64,000 nt of DNA. Origin: an uncultured Gammaproteobacteria bacterium (GTDB taxonomy: Bacteria > Patescibacteriota > Microgenomatia > Levybacterales > GWA1-39-11). Positions within the stretch are counted from its first letter, which is position 1. Each line of letters begins with the position of its first letter. The translations under genes and the position numbers were made by a program. This document shows, in pieces, positions 1 to 10,088 of the stretch. Under the pieces are notes generated by a model. The model was not told the DNA's origin, did no database searches, and saw nothing but the letters and a program-made list of their open reading frames with translations. The stretch covers positions 66,587-130,586 of the forward strand of contig CAYVAJ010000002.1 of assembly GCA_964448725.1 (NCBI GenBank), read 5' to 3'.

Positions 1-323
1 CTAAAAAAGGAAATGTGTTTTCTGTAAATTCTATTCCACGAATATTTCAAGATCGTGATATATCAACACTTATTCGCGAGATTATAGAAGATCTTTCTTC
101 TGGAACTGGTGTTAAAGATATAGATTCATACTCAACTACTATGATTTCTTTCCTTGCTTGCAGAGCAGCTATTAAAGCAGGTGAACGGCTTACAGCGGGT
201 GAAGCAAAGCGCTTAATAGAAAAATTAGAGAACACAAAGAATAATACAACATGTCCTCATGGAAGGCCCACAAGAATAGCGTTAGATCTCATAGAACTGC
301 ATAAGTGGTTTAAGCGTTTGTAA
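1..323 (+). CDS. mutL: DNA mismatch repair protein MutL, C-terminal fragment (5' part outside window)
   Basis: ORF runs to the window edge; C-terminal dimerisation-domain residues with ...TCPHGRPT... near the C-terminus, a hallmark of the MutL C-terminus. Confidence 0.7.
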   Translation, partial: KKGNVFSVNSIPRIFQDRDISTLIREIIEDLSSGTGVKDIDSYSTTMISFLACRAAIKAGERLTAGEAKRLIEKLENTKNNTTCPHGRPTRIALDLIELHKWFKRL

Positions 324-2253
324 AAGTGGTTTTTAGTGGTAATGTAAAATAAAATGTTGCCCCTTTTCCTTTTTTGCTTTTTACCCACATTTGACCACCA
401 TGTTTATGTATAATCTCTTTAGAAATATAGAGCCCCATTCCGAGACCAGGAAATGTTTTTTCTTTCAAATCTCCTATTTGATATAATTTCTCAAATATTT
501 TTTGGTGTTGATCTTTTGCTATACCAATTCCTTGATCTTTAACACTTACTTCAATGTACTTATCTTTCTTTTTTGCTTTAACTATGACTATTGTATTATC
601 AGGTGAATATTTTATTGCATTCGTAAGGAGATTTGTAAATACTTGATAAATTCTGTATTTGTCACATACTATTAATAATTCTTCTTTGGGTTTATATCGT
701 ATTTCATGCGTTGTTGTTGTATAACTGAGATCATCAATTATATCGGTGATAAGCTCATTTAAATCAAATCGAACAGCACGAAAGCGCATTTTACCTGTCT
801 CAATTCTAGAAACATCAAGAAAGTCATTCACTAATCCTGCTAATTTTGCTGTTTGTTGTTTGATTTTTGCTATGAGCATTTTAGTGTTCTCAAAATTTTT
901 TTTCTCTGTCTGTTTTTTGAGCAGTTCGATGAAAAGATTGAGACTAGTGATTGGTGTTTTTAATTCATGGCTTGCCATAGATACAAATTCATCTTTTCTT
1001 TTTTCTATTTCCTTTTTTTCTGTAATATCTATTATTGTTGATACTCCAGCGATGATCTTTCTGTTTTTATCTTTTATTGGCGCACCGTTGACTAATACAT
1101 ATCCCAATGTTTTATCTCCTCGTACTATTTTAATCTCTTCATCTTTTATGATTTTGCCGGTTTTCATAGCCCGTACGACAGGCCATTCTTCAGTCACATA
1201 TTCTTTTCCGTCTGGATGAAACCCCCGGTATTTTTTATAGTCATTATATGAATCTGCGCAAAAATCCTTTTCTCTAAGGATTTTTTTAACTTGTGCATTT
1301 TCCAGTACAAATTTCCCGGTTTTTGCATCTACGATAATAACTCCTGCAGGTAATTGTTCGAGTACTGCTTTAAACTGATGTAAAATGTATTCCTTTTCTG
1401 CTTCAGCTTTTTTTCTATCTGTGATATCACGAAAGTTTGCAACAATTGCCTGAACTGCAGGATCATGCAAAAGATTTACTCCAACTCCTTCCATCCAACG
1501 ATATTCACCCTTTTTGTGTTTTATGCGGTAGGTAAAAGGTATAGTTTTACCTGGGTATTTGAGTGTTTTTTGTATTTTATTTTTGAATTCTTTTTTATCT
1601 TTAGGGTGGATAAATGTGGTGATTTTGTGATTTAGATATTCCTTCATTGAATATCCAAGAATACGTTTTGTTGAAGGGCTGGCATATAGTATCTTTCCTT
1701 TTGCATCAATCATTCGTACCCCATCTGAGCTATTCTCAGTAATAGATTGAAATCTTTTTTCTATTTCCTCACTTTTTTTACGATTGGTCAGATCACGCAT
1801 GATTTTTGTAAATCCTCGTAGTTTTTTTTCTGGGTCATAGAGTGGATATACTCGGCCGCTTCCCCAAAATCGGGATTTGTCGCGTCGTACATGCCACCGT
1901 TCATTTATAGCTAGACCTTTTTGTGCTGCAGTATTTAATTCTTTTTTGGGTTCACCTTTTCTTCTGTCTTGAGGGGTAAAGAGTATTGCTGAGTTTTTTC
2001 CAATTATTTCTTTTTCTTTGTAGCCTAAAATTTTTGCCGCACCAGTATTCCAACTACTTATCCTTCCGAGCGTATCAGTGGTAAATATGGCATATTCATC
2101 AAGACTATCAATGATTTGTTGGAAGAATGTATTGCTTGTGCGAAAGCTCTCGTGGAATCCGCTACGGGGTTTGTCTGAAAGCCGAGATGTATATTCACCA
2201 GTCTGGAAGATTGGCTTTTTTTTACTCCCCAGATATGATTTTGGAGCTTTCAT
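310..2253 (-). CDS. cytoplasmic multi-PAS sensor histidine kinase
   Basis: H-box HELKTPITSL; HATPase_c C-terminus (GLGMGLYISKEIIHKHGG); several PAS-like repeats; no TM segments. Confidence 0.85.
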   Translation of the reverse strand: MKAPKSYLGSKKKPIFQTGEYTSRLSDKPRSGFHESFRTSNTFFQQIIDSLDEYAIFTTDTLGRISSWNTGAAKILGYKEKEIIGKNSAILFTPQDRRKGEPKKELNTAAQKGLAINERWHVRRDKSRFWGSGRVYPLYDPEKKLRGFTKIMRDLTNRKKSEEIEKRFQSITENSSDGVRMIDAKGKILYASPSTKRILGYSMKEYLNHKITTFIHPKDKKEFKNKIQKTLKYPGKTIPFTYRIKHKKGEYRWMEGVGVNLLHDPAVQAIVANFRDITDRKKAEAEKEYILHQFKAVLEQLPAGVIIVDAKTGKFVLENAQVKKILREKDFCADSYNDYKKYRGFHPDGKEYVTEEWPVVRAMKTGKIIKDEEIKIVRGDKTLGYVLVNGAPIKDKNRKIIAGVSTIIDITEKKEIEKRKDEFVSMASHELKTPITSLNLFIELLKKQTEKKNFENTKMLIAKIKQQTAKLAGLVNDFLDVSRIETGKMRFRAVRFDLNELITDIIDDLSYTTTTHEIRYKPKEELLIVCDKYRIYQVFTNLLTNAIKYSPDNTIVIVKAKKKDKYIEVSVKDQGIGIAKDQHQKIFEKLYQIGDLKEKTFPGLGMGLYISKEIIHKHGGQMWVKSKKGKGATFYFTLPLKTTFTNA

Positions 2254-2422
2254 CTACCTGATGTGGTCAATATAGCAGAAGAATAATAAGTGTGCAAGAG
2301 ATAAAATTGCAGGTTCGGAAAGACCTGCGCGTGAACCATTAAAATGAATATCGTTTACTTTGTGTGACCATTTGTGGTTTTATATACAGTACCAAATATA
2401 TTCGTGGTAAAATGAGAGAATT

Positions 2423-2788
2423 ATGAAGCAAGAAAATATGAAAAACCATCGGATTTATTCCATGAGTGTATCAAGTGTCTATACTTTATATATTGCAAAA
2501 GCAGAGAAAAAAGGACGTACAAAAGCAGAAGTAGATGAGATCATTCGCTGGCTGACAGGATATTCTCAAAAAGAGTTAGAGGAGCAGCTTAAAGAACAAA
2601 CAGACTTTGAAACATTTTTTGTTGACGCTCCTGAGATGAATCCTGCACGGAGGTTAATTACTGGTATAATCTGTGGCGTGCGAGTCGAAGATATTAAAGA
2701 GCCAACTATGCAGGAAATTCGCTATCTCGATAAATTAATCGATGAGTTAGCAAGAGGAAAAGCAATGGAAAAGATTTTGCGTAAGTAA
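2423..2788 (+). CDS. DUF2200-family protein
   Basis: about 120 aa; N-terminal pattern ([38 protein letters not shown]) matches my recollection of DUF2200 proteins. Confidence 0.5.
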   Translation: MKQENMKNHRIYSMSVSSVYTLYIAKAEKKGRTKAEVDEIIRWLTGYSQKELEEQLKEQTDFETFFVDAPEMNPARRLITGIICGVRVEDIKEPTMQEIRYLDKLIDELARGKAMEKILRK

Positions 2789-2869
2789 TAGCATACCCCA
2801 GTATTTGAATTATTCAAACGGAGTTGTCTAAATTAGTTTTATATCTGTTATTTTTGATACTAGTTGATA

Positions 2870-3172
2870 CTAGGATTTATTTGTAACTTTATAGACTTTA
2901 CCGTTGCTATCATAGGTTGTCCATTCACCTACACGTTTACCCATGTCAAAATATCCAGATCGTTTTAAGGTTCCGTCTGGGCGATACCATTCCCAGTAAC
3001 CATCTGTTTTACCTTCTACAATTTTTCCTTTTGACCAACGAGTTTTCCCATTTGCGTGATACTTAATGGTATAACCATCTATGATTTCAATTTTCTTCTC
3101 TGTAACACCATTTGGATGAACAATAATGTCACATTTGTTTTCAAGACAGTCGTGTTTATTGGGATCTATCAT
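2870..3172 (-). CDS. MORN-repeat variant protein (YwqK-like)
   Basis: repeated G-x-W-x-x-Y/W...DG units (GKTDGYWEWYRPDGTLKRSGYFDMGKRVGEWTTYDSNGKV). Confidence 0.55.
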   Translation of the reverse strand: MIDPNKHDCLENKCDIIVHPNGVTEKKIEIIDGYTIKYHANGKTRWSKGKIVEGKTDGYWEWYRPDGTLKRSGYFDMGKRVGEWTTYDSNGKVYKVTNKS

Positions 3173-3315
3173 TTTTTGTATTTTAGAATGAATAGAGCGA
3201 ATGCAAACTATATTGAGTATACCAAACGAAATAGGTCATATTACACTGGTTTTCATATTTTCTAATTTCAAAAATTGACAAACACTATTCAAGATCTTTA
3301 AGTATATAAAATGTA

Positions 3316-4377
3316 TTATTTTTCTAATGGTAGTGAGAAGTAAAATGTAGAACCTCTTTTTTTAGAGCTCTCTACCCATATCTTCCCTTTATGTCGATTA
3401 ATAATTTCCTTAGAAATGTATAATCCCAATCCAAATCCAATTTTACTTTTTGCTTTTACTGTGTAATAGCGATCGAAAATTAATTTTTGGTTATTTTTAG
3501 CAATACCGATACCTTGATCTTTTACAGACGTTATGACATGGTTACCCATTACCGTTAATGCAATTGTTATATCTGTACCATCAGGGGAGTATTTCACTGC
3601 GTTTGAAAGAAAATTTAGGAGGACTTGCTCAATTCGTGTTGGATCAGCAATAACTTTTGCGTGAGTAGGTAAGGATTCTATAAAGATTTTATGGTTTTTA
3701 GCATATATTTGTATCTTTTGCACAGCTTTTTTGGTGAGTTCTACCAGATCTATCTCTTCATATGTCATAAATTGTTTTCCTGTTTCAAATCTTGAGCTAT
3801 CGAGCATATCATTTATTAATCGGATAATCCTATCTAATTCTCTATCAATGAGTTGTAATTCACTTGTTTTAATACTGTCTGAACCTTGATTTTTTGCTTT
3901 ACGTAAGTGAGATTGTGTAAGAAGTTTAAGTACTGTAATAGGAGTCTTTAGCTCATGGGCTGAGGCAGATAAAAATTCTTTACGTAGTTCATCTAAACGT
4001 TTCGTGTTAGTGATGTCATGTTGGAGTTGGACATAGCAACACACTTTATTATTCCGTAATACAGGATAGATATTTGATTGTATTTGATACTCTGTCCCGT
4101 TTTTCTTTTTGTTTATGACTTCGTCCGATGTGTAAGTATGTCCGTTTAATAAAACTTGCCACATTTTTTTAAATACTCTTCTAGGAGTCTTTCCGCTTTG
4201 TAGTATTTTTGGGTTTTTTCCTTTAACCTCTTCTAACGTGTATCCAGTAAGTTTTTCCCACGCAGGATTTACATACACAATTTTTATGTCTTTGGTAGTA
4301 ATAAGAATAGGATCGGGTGAAGAAATAAGTATTTGTGGTAATACTCCACTTTCAGTAATTGGAAATTGAGGTTTCAT
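3316..4377 (-). CDS. PAS-domain sensor histidine kinase (cytoplasmic)
   Basis: H-box HELKTPITVLKLL; HATPase_c (GFGLGLYISKEIINRHKGKIWVES); N-terminal PAS. Confidence 0.85.
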   Translation of the reverse strand: MKPQFPITESGVLPQILISSPDPILITTKDIKIVYVNPAWEKLTGYTLEEVKGKNPKILQSGKTPRRVFKKMWQVLLNGHTYTSDEVINKKKNGTEYQIQSNIYPVLRNNKVCCYVQLQHDITNTKRLDELRKEFLSASAHELKTPITVLKLLTQSHLRKAKNQGSDSIKTSELQLIDRELDRIIRLINDMLDSSRFETGKQFMTYEEIDLVELTKKAVQKIQIYAKNHKIFIESLPTHAKVIADPTRIEQVLLNFLSNAVKYSPDGTDITIALTVMGNHVITSVKDQGIGIAKNNQKLIFDRYYTVKAKSKIGFGLGLYISKEIINRHKGKIWVESSKKRGSTFYFSLPLEK

Positions 4378-4451
4378 GAATGTAGTATAAAAACGTATCT
4401 TAACTCATGCATTGATTATAATCACACATAGTAATCTGATAGAATACAGGT

Positions 4452-5096
4452 ATGGATGAGCATATAGTAAAAAAAATTGAAGAATTTTTTACTCAGTATA
4501 AACATCAGTCATATAAAAAAGGTGAACTTTTGATAAGAGCTGATGATGAACCACCAGGAGTATTCTATCTCAAAGAAGGTTTTGTAAAACAGTATGCTAT
4601 CTCGAAAAAAGGGGATGAGCTCGTCATTAATGTATTTAAACCAATTGCATTTTTTCCTATGTCCTGGGCAATTAACTCAACATCTAACAAATATTTTTTT
4701 GAAGCAATGACGGGTTTGAATATCTATCGTGCACCACGTAAGGAGACGATTAATTTTCTCAAAAACAATCCTGATGTACTTTATGACTTGATGAGTCGAG
4801 TATATAAAGGAGTTGATGGAGTATTGACGCGAATAACATATCTTATGTCAGGAAATGCATATGCACGGCTTGTTGATGAACTGTTGATTTATGCAAAGCG
4901 TTTTGGAAAAGGAGAAAATACCATAACACTAGCTGTCACTGAGAAAGACATAGCATCACAGTCTGGATTAACAAGGGAAACCGTTAGTCGAGAGATGAAA
5001 ATTTTAAAAGATAAAAGAATAATTGTGAGTGATAACCATAAGCTTATTATAAATGATTTACAAAAACTTGAAGATGAACTCGCTGATGGTGTTTAG
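4452..5096 (+). CDS. Crp/Fnr-family transcriptional regulator
   Basis: N-terminal cNMP-binding fold; C-terminal HTH (SQSGLTRETVSREMKILKDKRII). Confidence 0.75.
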   Translation: MDEHIVKKIEEFFTQYKHQSYKKGELLIRADDEPPGVFYLKEGFVKQYAISKKGDELVINVFKPIAFFPMSWAINSTSNKYFFEAMTGLNIYRAPRKETINFLKNNPDVLYDLMSRVYKGVDGVLTRITYLMSGNAYARLVDELLIYAKRFGKGENTITLAVTEKDIASQSGLTRETVSREMKILKDKRIIVSDNHKLIINDLQKLEDELADGV

Positions 5097-5491
5097 TGTG
5101 TAGATTTTGTGATTATTTCATGTGTCGGAATTATCCTGTTTCTTTTTTTCTTATCAGATGGCAGTCCTGTTGGGAGCAAATACCCTTGCCAAACGCTTTC
5201 TCCAGCTAATAACTCTAAATGATTTAAATCAGTTAATTTGGGCTCATCTTTTACTTCATAGAGTCTATATTTCCCTACTGCAAGGATACAATCAGTTTTG
5301 TGAGTATTATGAGTTGTAACAAGAATTTCTCCTATATCTGCTGCATTAACCCATGCAAAACTCTTTTTCCTATCAAGTATTAGAATTTTTGTCTGTCGTT
5401 TGGTTTCTATAAGTTGATATGAACCTTCTTGGATTACTTTAATCATATTTACTATATTAGATGATTTCGTTGAGTATGTAAGTGATTTCAA
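5093..5491 (-). CDS. hypothetical protein
   Basis: ORF only; no recognisable motif. Confidence 0.35.
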   Translation of the reverse strand: MKSLTYSTKSSNIVNMIKVIQEGSYQLIETKRQTKILILDRKKSFAWVNAADIGEILVTTHNTHKTDCILAVGKYRLYEVKDEPKLTDLNHLELLAGESVWQGYLLPTGLPSDKKKRNRIIPTHEIITKSTH

Positions 5492-5627
5492 TCAAAGATT
5501 TCAATTGATATATATCACTGCATCTTACAAATTTAGAATGTAATCTAATGTTGATATAAAATTTTTATGGTATGTATATGACAAGTAGAAACAGTTCAAT
5601 ACTCATCAAGGAAAGGAGGGAGAGTTT

Positions 5628-5798
5628 ATGAAAAATAATGCAAGCTCTGGCGCTCTCTATGGAATTGGGGTACTTGGAGCATTGGTATATTTTATTCAAC
5701 ATGCAAGTTCAATTTTGGATGGGTTATTGGGAATTTTTCTCGCGATCTTTTGGCCAGGAGTTATAGTCTATAAAGTGTTAGAGATTTTAAGAATGTAG
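5628..5798 (+). CDS. small hydrophobic protein (56 aa), not in supplied ORF track
   Basis: strong RBS GGAAAGGAGGGAG 7 nt upstream of ATG; MKNNASSGALYGIGVLGALVYFIQHASSILDGLLGIFLAIFWPGVIVYKVLEILRM; two hydrophobic helices; immediately precedes the next gene. Confidence 0.55.
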   Translation: MKNNASSGALYGIGVLGALVYFIQHASSILDGLLGIFLAIFWPGVIVYKVLEILRM

Positions 5799-5806
5799 GA
5801 ATAAGT

Positions 5807-6400
5807 ATGAATGTCCAAGAAAAAATATTAGGTGTAATCAATGATGATCAAGAGAGAAAGATAGTGGTTACACATGTAACAATACGGCAAAGTATAATAA
5901 TACTATTAGTGCGACTTGTTGTATTAGAAATGCTTGCTGCAGTAGGGGTAGTTATATTCCATGCGTTAATTATTTCTACTAACATTACAGATATTGTAAA
6001 TTATGTGAATTCTGAGATTATATTGTTTAATACTTCTCTATTTCTTTTCCTTATTTTTTTAAAAACATGCGTTATGATTTTTATTATCATCCAATGGTTA
6101 AATCAATATTATGAAATTACGCCTAAAGAAATTATCTTCAAGAGAGGATTCATATTTAAGAAGGAAGAACGAAATACGTTAGATCATCTTGGATCTATCG
6201 AGGTGGACCAGGGATTACTGGGTAGGATATTCAATTTTGGAACCATAAAATTATTTAACTGGGCAACAGAGAAGAATTTTCCTCTATACCTTATACATAA
6301 TCCAATGAAATATCATTTTATTTTGCAAACACTTCTTCCTGAAGCGGATAAAAAGAAGAAAGTTTTTAGAGAGCACTTAATTGAGCCAGAGGAATTATGA
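5807..6400 (+). CDS. membrane protein with bacterial PH (bPH_2, YdbS/YdbT-like) domain
   Basis: N-terminal TM helices followed by bPH_2-like segment (IIFKRGFIFKKEERNTLDHLGSIEVDQGLLGRIFNFGTIKL). Confidence 0.55.
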   Translation: MNVQEKILGVINDDQERKIVVTHVTIRQSIIILLVRLVVLEMLAAVGVVIFHALIISTNITDIVNYVNSEIILFNTSLFLFLIFLKTCVMIFIIIQWLNQYYEITPKEIIFKRGFIFKKEERNTLDHLGSIEVDQGLLGRIFNFGTIKLFNWATEKNFPLYLIHNPMKYHFILQTLLPEADKKKKVFREHLIEPEEL

Positions 6401-6428
6401 AAAAGGAAAATTTATAAAACGAATTACC

Positions 6429-6809
6429 ATGTTAGCGGTTTTTGCATTAGAAGGAGTGGGAGCAATTTTAGGAGGTATGTTTCTTGTAATCGCTCCAGAT
6501 GGATATTTTATGAAAATGCCTGTCGATGTGCTGCATGGTGTTTTTCCTAATTTTCTTATTCCGGGTTTAGCTTTAACAGGAATCGGAATAGTAAGTATTG
6601 CAGCATTTTTTGTAGTACTTCAAAGGAATCGTATTGATTGGATTATTGCAGGTACTGCGCTAGTTGGTTTTGTCATTTGGTTTGTAGTAGAAATTGTAGT
6701 CCTTAGAGAGATACTCTGGCTTCATATTGTTTGGGGTGCTCCTGTTCTTGTAGGTATTTGGGCAGCGTTCTCTTTAGTTCCATTTCAAAAAATAAAAAAA
6801 CAAGTCTAA
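6429..6809 (+). CDS. small polytopic membrane protein
   Basis: four hydrophobic helices; the track ORF begins at a TTG at 6381 that overlaps the upstream gene, so the first in-frame ATG (6429) was preferred. Confidence 0.45.
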   Translation: MLAVFALEGVGAILGGMFLVIAPDGYFMKMPVDVLHGVFPNFLIPGLALTGIGIVSIAAFFVVLQRNRIDWIIAGTALVGFVIWFVVEIVVLREILWLHIVWGAPVLVGIWAAFSLVPFQKIKKQV

Positions 6810-6878
6810 GTATTTCTTGACAACACCTTACAAGTTTCTTAGATGGTTTTCTTATACAAGTAATACAATTTTCTACAT

Positions 6879-7271
6879 ATGAAAGGATATGTATTAAATA
6901 TTGAAGATACAACAGAAAAAAATTCTGATTACAGACGGGTACTTTATACTGGACGATATTTACAGCTTGTAGTCATGAGTTTAAAGCCAAGAGAAGAGAT
7001 TGGTCAGGAAATTCACGGACTGGATCAATTTATTCGGATTGAAAGGGGTCTGGCAAAAATAGTACTAAATAATGGAGAAACTGAATACGATTTGAAAGAC
7101 AATTGGGCAGTCATTATTCCCGCAGGAACGTATCACAATGTTATTAATACTGGAGATGAAGATTTAAAGTTATATACTATTTACTCGCTTCCAGCTCACT
7201 TAAAAGATACCCTTCAATCTACCAAAACGGATGAGAAAGAAGATCACTTTGATGGAATAACCTCAGAATAG
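6879..7271 (+). CDS. cupin-domain protein
   Basis: cupin beta-barrel motifs (QEIHGLDQFIRIERG ... PAGTYHNVINTGDEDLKLYTIYS). Confidence 0.65.
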   Translation: MKGYVLNIEDTTEKNSDYRRVLYTGRYLQLVVMSLKPREEIGQEIHGLDQFIRIERGLAKIVLNNGETEYDLKDNWAVIIPAGTYHNVINTGDEDLKLYTIYSLPAHLKDTLQSTKTDEKEDHFDGITSE

Positions 7272-7289
7272 TAAATTATTACTCATTTG

Positions 7290-7871
7290 CTAATGTGAGA
7301 TGACTCCATAATCTTTGCTAACTGGGTCCTGAAAAAGAAAATTTTCCGGAGGGAAAAAGGTAAAATAAACGAATGAAAAAAGTAGTGCCAGAATAATAAA
7401 TGCACCAATTTTTTTTAAATTGAGCCTTTTTTCAATATAAAGTATCCTATATCCTGCATATTGACCGATGAGTATAGAAATTACAAAGATTGCTATATCT
7501 AAAAATAAGTAGTTCTCACCAAGAATTGCTGTGTACACATAAAAAAGAATAGGTATCGAAATACCGTAAGCTGCAATAGTAACAGCTTCGGCAATCACAA
7601 AGTTTTCATTTCTTACCTTAAAGAAATAATATTTAACAAGCATCCAAATAAGAAGTGGCCAAAAACCAAGCTTGATATGCTCCCATGTACTCTCATTAAC
7701 CGCAGCGATTGGTGCAACTATTAGAGAATTATTGCTCCACTCGAAAACAAAGTGTAGTGCTGCACCTAATACTAGGGTAAACAATGATCCTCCTAGAGCA
7801 AGATGTATTGAAAAGTTTTTCATAAGTGAATTGTACCAAAATACATGAATCTCTTTTTTTATTAGTACCAT
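7290..7871 (-). CDS. integral membrane protein (hypothetical)
   Basis: five to six hydrophobic helices; no catalytic motif. Confidence 0.4.
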   Translation of the reverse strand: MVLIKKEIHVFWYNSLMKNFSIHLALGGSLFTLVLGAALHFVFEWSNNSLIVAPIAAVNESTWEHIKLGFWPLLIWMLVKYYFFKVRNENFVIAEAVTIAAYGISIPILFYVYTAILGENYLFLDIAIFVISILIGQYAGYRILYIEKRLNLKKIGAFIILALLFSFVYFTFFPPENFLFQDPVSKDYGVISH

Positions 7872-7899
7872 TTTTTGTTTTCAGTGATAGACTAATAAG

Positions 7900-8436
7900 A
7901 TGAAATATGTTGCGCTTCTCCGAGGGATTAACGTGGGTGGAAATTCTAAAATTGAGATGAAGCGATTAAAAAACGTTTGTGAGTCGCTTGAGTTTGAAAA
8001 TGTCCAAACGTATATTAATTCAGGAAATGTATTGTTTGAAACTACAAAAGATAAGAAACAAATTGCACAAGCTATTGAAGAAGCAATAGTAAAAGAGTTT
8101 GGCTTTGTAGTCCCAGTAGTTGTTAAAAACAGTGAGGCAATCCGAGCAATAGACAAGGAAGTTCCAAAGACTTGGGTAAATAATACTGAGATGAAAACTG
8201 ACGTACTGTTTTTATGGGATGAAATTGATGATAAAAATATTATAAAAGATTTGATTGTAAGACCTGAAATAGACAATATAAAATATATTCAAGGTGCGAT
8301 TATCTGGAATGTAAAGCGTGCAGATGTGACAAAAAGTGGACTTCTGAAAATAATAGGAACCGATCTTTATAAGAAAGTGACGGTAAGAAATATCAATACT
8401 GTAAGAAAGTTACATGAGCTTCTAAATATTACATAA
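7900..8436 (+). CDS. DUF1697-family protein
   Basis: N-terminus MKYVALLRGINVGGNSKIEMKRLK is the characteristic DUF1697 start. Confidence 0.7.
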   Translation: MKYVALLRGINVGGNSKIEMKRLKNVCESLEFENVQTYINSGNVLFETTKDKKQIAQAIEEAIVKEFGFVVPVVVKNSEAIRAIDKEVPKTWVNNTEMKTDVLFLWDEIDDKNIIKDLIVRPEIDNIKYIQGAIIWNVKRADVTKSGLLKIIGTDLYKKVTVRNINTVRKLHELLNIT

Positions 8437-8477
8437 TGAAATTATTTTTCTAGCGAAGCCAGGCGCAGACTTGTGCC

Positions 8478-8551
8478 TGGTTGCCGAGCAGGGATTCGAA
8501 CCCCAATAAACGGATCCAGAATCCGTTGTCCTACCATTAGACGACTCGGCA
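8478..8551 (-). tRNA. tRNA-Gln (anticodon CUG), CCA encoded
   Basis: hand-folded cloverleaf: acceptor TGCCGAG/CTCGGCA with U1:A72 (typical of bacterial tRNA-Gln); anticodon loop TTCTGGA; T-loop TTCGAAT; discriminator A; 3' CCA. Confidence 0.85.
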
Positions 8552-8652
8552 GTGTTGCTGTGCTTCAATGATCAATTTCCAATTAACAAATTCCAAAAAT
8601 AATTTCTGTGATTCGCGTTCTCTATTTTACTAAAGATGGGGGATATTTCAAA

Positions 8653-9834
8653 CTATTTGCGGTTTTTTATGTCATTTCGCATATATCTAAGCTGATTGTG
8701 TCCCCAGAATAATACAAGAAATATTATGATGCCCGAAATATAGTAGGGAAGCGGTAATATGATTTCAGCCATAATTCCTCCTGTAATAGGTCCTACTACA
8801 CGGGCTAACGCTGATGCACTTTGTGCCACCCCCATGACAGCTCCCTGTTCTTCAGGTTTAGATTCAAGAGAGATAAGAGCTTGAATATTTGAATTCATAA
8901 GTGAGAAACCAACAGAGGATATCATACCCGATAGGATAATAAAGATTTCATTGAACGCCAAACCTATTCCAATAGTCGAGATTCCAAAAATTAACATACC
9001 AATTTTTATCAGTCTGGGTTCATCAAACTTTCTCAATAGTAATCTGATCAGAAATGCTTGTGTTACAAACTGACCAATACCTATAGCAACAAAATAATAT
9101 GAGGTTTGTAACTCATTCCAACCGAATCTTGCCTCAGTATATAAAGGTAATATACCTATAATAAGGGCAAGTGATGCGCTGGTTAGAAAGAACAGAAAAA
9201 TTAGGAAAGAAATATTCTTAGGAGTTAGTACCTCCTTTATAACTTTTGTATTTACAATTTCTATCTTGATTTCTTTTTGTAATGCTTTATTTGACTCGGG
9301 TAGAGCAAAGAATACAAAGATTGCATTAACGAGGGACAAGATAGCTGTCAGAAGAAATGGAAAGTGTATTCCGTACTGGTCAGCGGTTACTCCTCCAAGA
9401 AACGGCCCAATAATAAAGCCAAGACCAAACATTGAGTTAATAAGTGCAAGTCTTTTTGTACGTTCTTGGGATTTAGACGTATCTGCGACATATGCATATA
9501 CAACTGGAAGATTTCCTGTTGCTACTCCTCCCAAGATTCGCCCGATCATAATAATCCACAGATTTGGAGCAAGCCAGATGATTCCGTATGCCACAACGTT
9601 AAGTAATAGAGTAATTGCCAGTATAGGTTTCCGACCAAACTTATCAGAAAGTCTTCCCCAAATCGGAGTAAAAATAAATTGGAACAAGGAGTAGAGTCCT
9701 ATCACAACTCCTACAAGAAATGGATTATAACCACTTACGTCTTGAATCAATTGAGGGATCAACGGAATAACAATACCGAATCCGGCCAAGTCAATAAACA
9801 CAATAAATAGTAATATTAATAATTGTTTGTTCAT
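8653..9834 (-). CDS. MFS transporter (drug/H+ antiporter-like)
   Basis: 12 predicted TM helices; MFS signature loop GRLSDKFGRKP. Confidence 0.8.
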   Translation of the reverse strand: MNKQLLILLFIVFIDLAGFGIVIPLIPQLIQDVSGYNPFLVGVVIGLYSLFQFIFTPIWGRLSDKFGRKPILAITLLLNVVAYGIIWLAPNLWIIMIGRILGGVATGNLPVVYAYVADTSKSQERTKRLALINSMFGLGFIIGPFLGGVTADQYGIHFPFLLTAILSLVNAIFVFFALPESNKALQKEIKIEIVNTKVIKEVLTPKNISFLIFLFFLTSASLALIIGILPLYTEARFGWNELQTSYYFVAIGIGQFVTQAFLIRLLLRKFDEPRLIKIGMLIFGISTIGIGLAFNEIFIILSGMISSVGFSLMNSNIQALISLESKPEEQGAVMGVAQSASALARVVGPITGGIMAEIILPLPYYISGIIIFLVLFWGHNQLRYMRNDIKNRK

Positions 9835-10044
9835 AAGGGCGCATTAAACCACATTAGAATAGCGCGGGCTTAGGGAGCTAATAACAATTAGCCTCTTGGG
9901 AAGCTTATTATTGTATCTCTTAATTATCTGAACTGTCAACAGGTATAATGAATGGGTGGAGATATTCTTACGTGTATTTTATATATTATACGTATTATAT
10001 TAACTAATAATTATTGAGAGCTCATTTTCTTACACACATTAATG

Positions 10045-10073
10045 TTGACAATTAGCAAATAAACTGTTACACT
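10045..10073 (+). promoter_or_regulatory. sigma70-type promoter for lon (TTGACA-17-TACACT)
   Basis: TTGACA at 10045-10050, 17-nt spacer, TACACT at 10068-10073, 15 nt upstream of the lon ATG. Confidence 0.55.
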
Positions 10074-10088
10074 GCTAACGTTCAAATT

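Noticed and set aside
746-1219. 157-aa + strand ORF inside the first histidine kinase gene
   Set aside because: It is antisense to a well-supported kinase CDS and its product is low-complexity and Ser/Phe-rich. It is a typical shadow ORF.
6381-6428. TTG-initiated 5' extension of the 6429 membrane-protein ORF
   Set aside because: The extension overlaps the upstream gene and would encode a hydrophilic leader. The first in-frame ATG was preferred, though the true start is uncertain.
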